Shown: in pieces, positions 61,041-64,000 of the stretch
How the letters are laid out: every line of letters begins with the position of its first letter
Numbering within the stretch: position 1 is the first letter of the stretch
DNA from: Candidatus Sulfomarinibacteraceae bacterium
Lineage (GTDB): Bacteria; Acidobacteriota; Thermoanaerobaculia; Thermoanaerobaculales; Sulfomarinibacteraceae
Direction of reading: 5' to 3'
DNA: 64,000 nt
NCBI GenBank assembly: GCA_963796455.1
Contig: CAWCLO010000007.1
Location: 229,859-293,858, forward strand
Made by a program: the position numbers and the translations under genes
Notes under the pieces: generated by a model
Seen by the model: only the letters and a program-made list of their open reading frames with translations
The model's database searches: none
Told to the model about the DNA's origin: nothing

Positions 61041-62417
61041 GAGCCTCTTGCAAAATTCATGAGGGAACAGGGAAGCGGTGCCAGGAAAAGTGCGCGAAGA
61101 AGGGTCGAACGGCTCGGTTGACGAAGCGTCTATTCGAATATGGTGGCGATCGCGGGAGACACCTGCAGCCGCCTGCGCGAGAAGGTCAAGTGATTGGAGT
61201 CAGATTGGTGGTCGGCTAGTTTGCGAGGGCCAGTATTCGGTCGGCGGTGAGCGCCAGAACTCCGAACATCAGATGAGCCATGACCCGCGTCGATCCCCTC
61301 ACTCTCACGGATCGAGCTCCGAAGCTCTCTTTGAGACGACCGAAACCCTGTTCGGCAAGGGTGCGGATTCTGAGGCGTTCTGTGCGATACACCGGATGGT
61401 CTGGGCGAGAGTCGAAATCACCTCTTCGCACCATTTCGATAATTGGAACGTGGCCAAGAGATTCGGAGTGTTCTTTGATCTGTCGAGAGTCGTAGGCGGA
61501 GTCCATCAGGTCATAAAGGCTCTGGACTCGCTGCGATGTCAGGCTCGCCAAGGGCACAGCTACTTGGCTGTCGTGGAGCGAGGCCGAGGTGATCAGGCAC
61601 GTGATCGGAATACCGCAGTCAGACCAGTCGACGTGAAGCTTGTATCCGGGCCAGAAGTACTTGTGGCCTCTTGAGTTAATCTTGCATCCCCAGGTGCTTT
61701 TCTTGGGCAACTCTGCGACCATTTCTTCTACGGCTATGCCACTGAGCTGGCGGGAAATCCGTTTACTGGGTTTCTTGCGCTTGCGCTTCTCGCCCTTCTT
61801 TCGAGCGGGAGGCCTCTCAGGCGCTTCGACTGCCGTCGAATCACGGCAGACGTGGCCAACGAGGCGCTCGTCAAAGATCTCCTTCACCAACGACTCATGA
61901 ATCCGCTGACCCAGATCAGCGTCGGCAAACTCGCCAAAGGCGCGCGAGAAAGTGGACTCTCCAGGAACATCATGAAGATGAGACCAACCACAGATTCTCC
62001 TGAGCATCGGACTACCAGCCAACGCCTGCAGGAGGCTCCTGGTCGACGTCAAGCCAAGTACCGACTTGGCTACGAACGCCCGGGCGATAGGACGTCGATC
62101 ATCGAGCGGCCTCCCAACAAGGCCAGCATGACGCACACTCACCAACCGCTCGATTTGGACAACCTCCAGGATCGCCACCAGCCTTTTCTCAGCAGGGGTC
62201 AGCCTGCCCAGAATCACCTCGAGAGCCGGGAAAAGGTCCATTTGGATATGACGGAGGTAATGAGATAATGATCGCACTGGGCCAGGCTCCTTTCATGCGC
62301 TTCGCAACCACATGATAACAAGGAGTTTCGGCCCTTTTAAATTGCCTCAAAACGTAGTCAATGCGATGCTCACGCGCCAGCATTCACATTGGCAGACATG
62401 AATTTTGCAAGAGGCTC
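61041..62417 (-). mobile_element. DDE insertion sequence (IS4/IS5-superfamily-like), 1377 bp
   Basis: Perfect 21-bp TIR GAGCCTCTTGCAAAATTCATG; ACGT on both sides. Confidence 0.93.
61216..62277 (-). CDS. DDE transposase
   Basis: GRP, VPGESTFSR, DSTAV, GYKLH, HDSQ, DSAYD, R...EQGFGRLK. Confidence 0.9.
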   Translation of the reverse strand: MRSLSHYLRHIQMDLFPALEVILGRLTPAEKRLVAILEVVQIERLVSVRHAGLVGRPLDDRRPIARAFVAKSVLGLTSTRSLLQALAGSPMLRRICGWSHLHDVPGESTFSRAFGEFADADLGQRIHESLVKEIFDERLVGHVCRDSTAVEAPERPPARKKGEKRKRKKPSKRISRQLSGIAVEEMVAELPKKSTWGCKINSRGHKYFWPGYKLHVDWSDCGIPITCLITSASLHDSQVAVPLASLTSQRVQSLYDLMDSAYDSRQIKEHSESLGHVPIIEMVRRGDFDSRPDHPVYRTERLRIRTLAEQGFGRLKESFGARSVRVRGSTRVMAHLMFGVLALTADRILALAN

Positions 62418-62460
62418 ACGTATCACTTTTTGACTTGACGACTCGGATCCGAATGGGTGC

Positions 62461-63999
62461 CACCCATTAGAAGGCATGTGTCAAGTAGGCAGGGCGATCC
62501 CGAGCGGGGGCCGCAGCTACCCGATCAAGTCTCGTTCTATTTGATTTCATCTGACGACCTTTCCACGCGGCCGGACTCTCGTTGATTGAAGTGTCGGTCT
62601 GAGACCGCACCAGCCACCCATCAGGATCAAGGCGATGAGGATCTCGGTGTGAGTTCCTCTGCCCCTGGCGCCATCCGGCGCCCCAGAAAGTCCTCGAGCT
62701 CAGCCGACCGAGTCCAAAAAGAAGGGATGTCACTGTCTTTGGGCTGTCGTAAGGGACGCCATCACCTCTTGGCTCACGGCCGACGCGCAGTCTGATCTCC
62801 AGATGATGTGCGCCGGGGCAGGTCCACTCACACTTTTATGGTTTCTCCAGCACCTGATCGGGCTCCTACCCCGGCGCATCTGATTATCCGAATGCCTTTT
62901 CCGGATCGAATGGGACCTGGTCCTTCATCACGTAGTAGGCCGCTCTTGCGAGCTTGTGTGCCACCGTCCTGATGGCGACGATGCCATTGGTCTTCGACAT
63001 CTTCCGCTGAAAGCACTTCTTGGCTTCTGGGTGGTAACGCACCGCGAAATGGGCCGCTTCTGAAAACGCCCACGACAGATAGGGGTTTCCGTTTCGTGGG
63101 TTGCCGGATCCCTTGCGCTTGCCGGCGCTGAGTCTGGTTGATTTGACCAGCCGGCAGTACGAAGCGAAGTTTCCCAACTTTCCGAAAACGAGCGATTTCA
63201 CCGACCTCGTACATCACCGTGAGACCGAGGATCTTTCCGATTCCCCATACCGTCAGCAAAGGAGCAAACTGGTCTCTCAGCCTCGCTTGTCTTAGCGCTT
63301 CTTTCTCGAGGATCCGGATCTGGTCATTCACGGCGTTCATCGGCTCGAGCAAACAGGTGATTCCCAAGGCTTCGATCTCGTCATCCAGATATGATTTGAT
63401 CTCCTCGGCCGTCCACTGCCTGATCTCGTTCGAGGTGGTTCGCCTCCCGGTGCGGCACTCAAAGGCTCCGCGCATCGCCAGCAGAAACGATGTCCGTTTT
63501 CTCACCAGGAAGGCGCGTCTCCTCAGCAGATCCCGCACCGATCTTTCCTGCTTTGGACAGATCCAGCCTTCAGGCAGGATCCCGAGCGATAGCAAATGCG
63601 CTAACCACCGCGCATCGTGCCGGTCATCGGTGTACTTCAATCCCTCCCACTGTTTGACCGCCCAGGTGTTGACCAGGTGCATCTTGTACCCGGCTTCACT
63701 CAGCCCGTCCACCAGCCAGTACCAGTTGTAGGTCGACTCGACGGCGATCCCTTCCAGGTCCTCACGATATGGTTCGAGGACCTGGAGCAGGGTTGGCAAA
63801 TCGTTGCCCACCTTCGACTCGTGGACGACCTTCAGCCCTTCGTCCAGGATTGCTAGCCAGCAGTCCCTTGAGTGGAGATCGATCCCGCAGTACAGTGCCA
63901 TTGGCTCCTCCTTCTCCCGCTGCTATACACAGCGAGGTGTTTCCCAACGACGAGCTTAACGGCTCGTCGAAGGGGGAGCCTTCTAGAGGATTCTCACCC
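62461..63999 (-). mobile_element. IS110-family (IS1111-type) element with long downstream non-coding region
   Basis: Subterminal IR TAGAAGGC/GCCTTCTA (62468-62475, 63978-63985); CACCC at both ends; about 420-bp non-coding region 3' of the transposase. Confidence 0.82.
62884..63901 (-). pseudogene. IS110-family recombinase with one frameshift near 63172
   Basis: GIDLH, VESTYNW, TDDRHDA (DEDD); GIGKI; C-terminus ASYCRLV...SAGK...GNPYL...AHKLAR in the +1 frame. Confidence 0.88.
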
Positions 64000-64000
64000 T

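Noticed and set aside
63165..63180. Programmed -1 frameshift at G GGA AAC in the IS110 gene
   Set aside because: The downstream domain is in the +1 frame, not -1; better explained by a 1-bp insertion or sequencing error

Overview
GC-rich bacterial chromosomal window. Gene content (VWA protein, FxDGFE-tailed secreted proteins) suggests Acidobacteriota, possibly Thermoanaerobaculia; this is an inference. Bases 1-49.4 kb are mostly housekeeping genes: saccharopine dehydrogenase, OTCase, argS, ECF sigma/anti-sigma, acyl-CoA dehydrogenase/epimerase, SpoIID, DnaC-like, BlaI/M56-M23, sodB, Hsp20, SNF2, a GH57-GalT fusion, PolX, HD-GYP, ftsY, ribD/ribE, dodecin and tRNA-Ala. The intergenic spaces hold the main finding: seven copies (10.2-35.6 kb) of a transposase-free element with imperfect terminal inverted repeats (TCAC...GTGA). 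It is flanked by 7-bp direct repeats and sits in TCCAGCA-type heptamer arrays. Its central slot carries either a four-helix-bundle (23S-IVP/Avd-like) gene behind a conserved RBS-sequestering hairpin (3 copies) or a REP doublet (4 copies). The ORF track also misses a probable selenocysteine ArsC (HNPR-UGA-SKSR plus a SECIS-like hairpin). After tRNA-Ala there is a decayed island: 3x113-bp tandem repeat, serine-recombinase relic, two IS91/ISCR-like copies around truncated cargo, a DDE IS, and an IS110/IS1111-type element whose ends, circle promoter and candidate guide can be read. Several single-base frameshifts may be long-read assembly errors.
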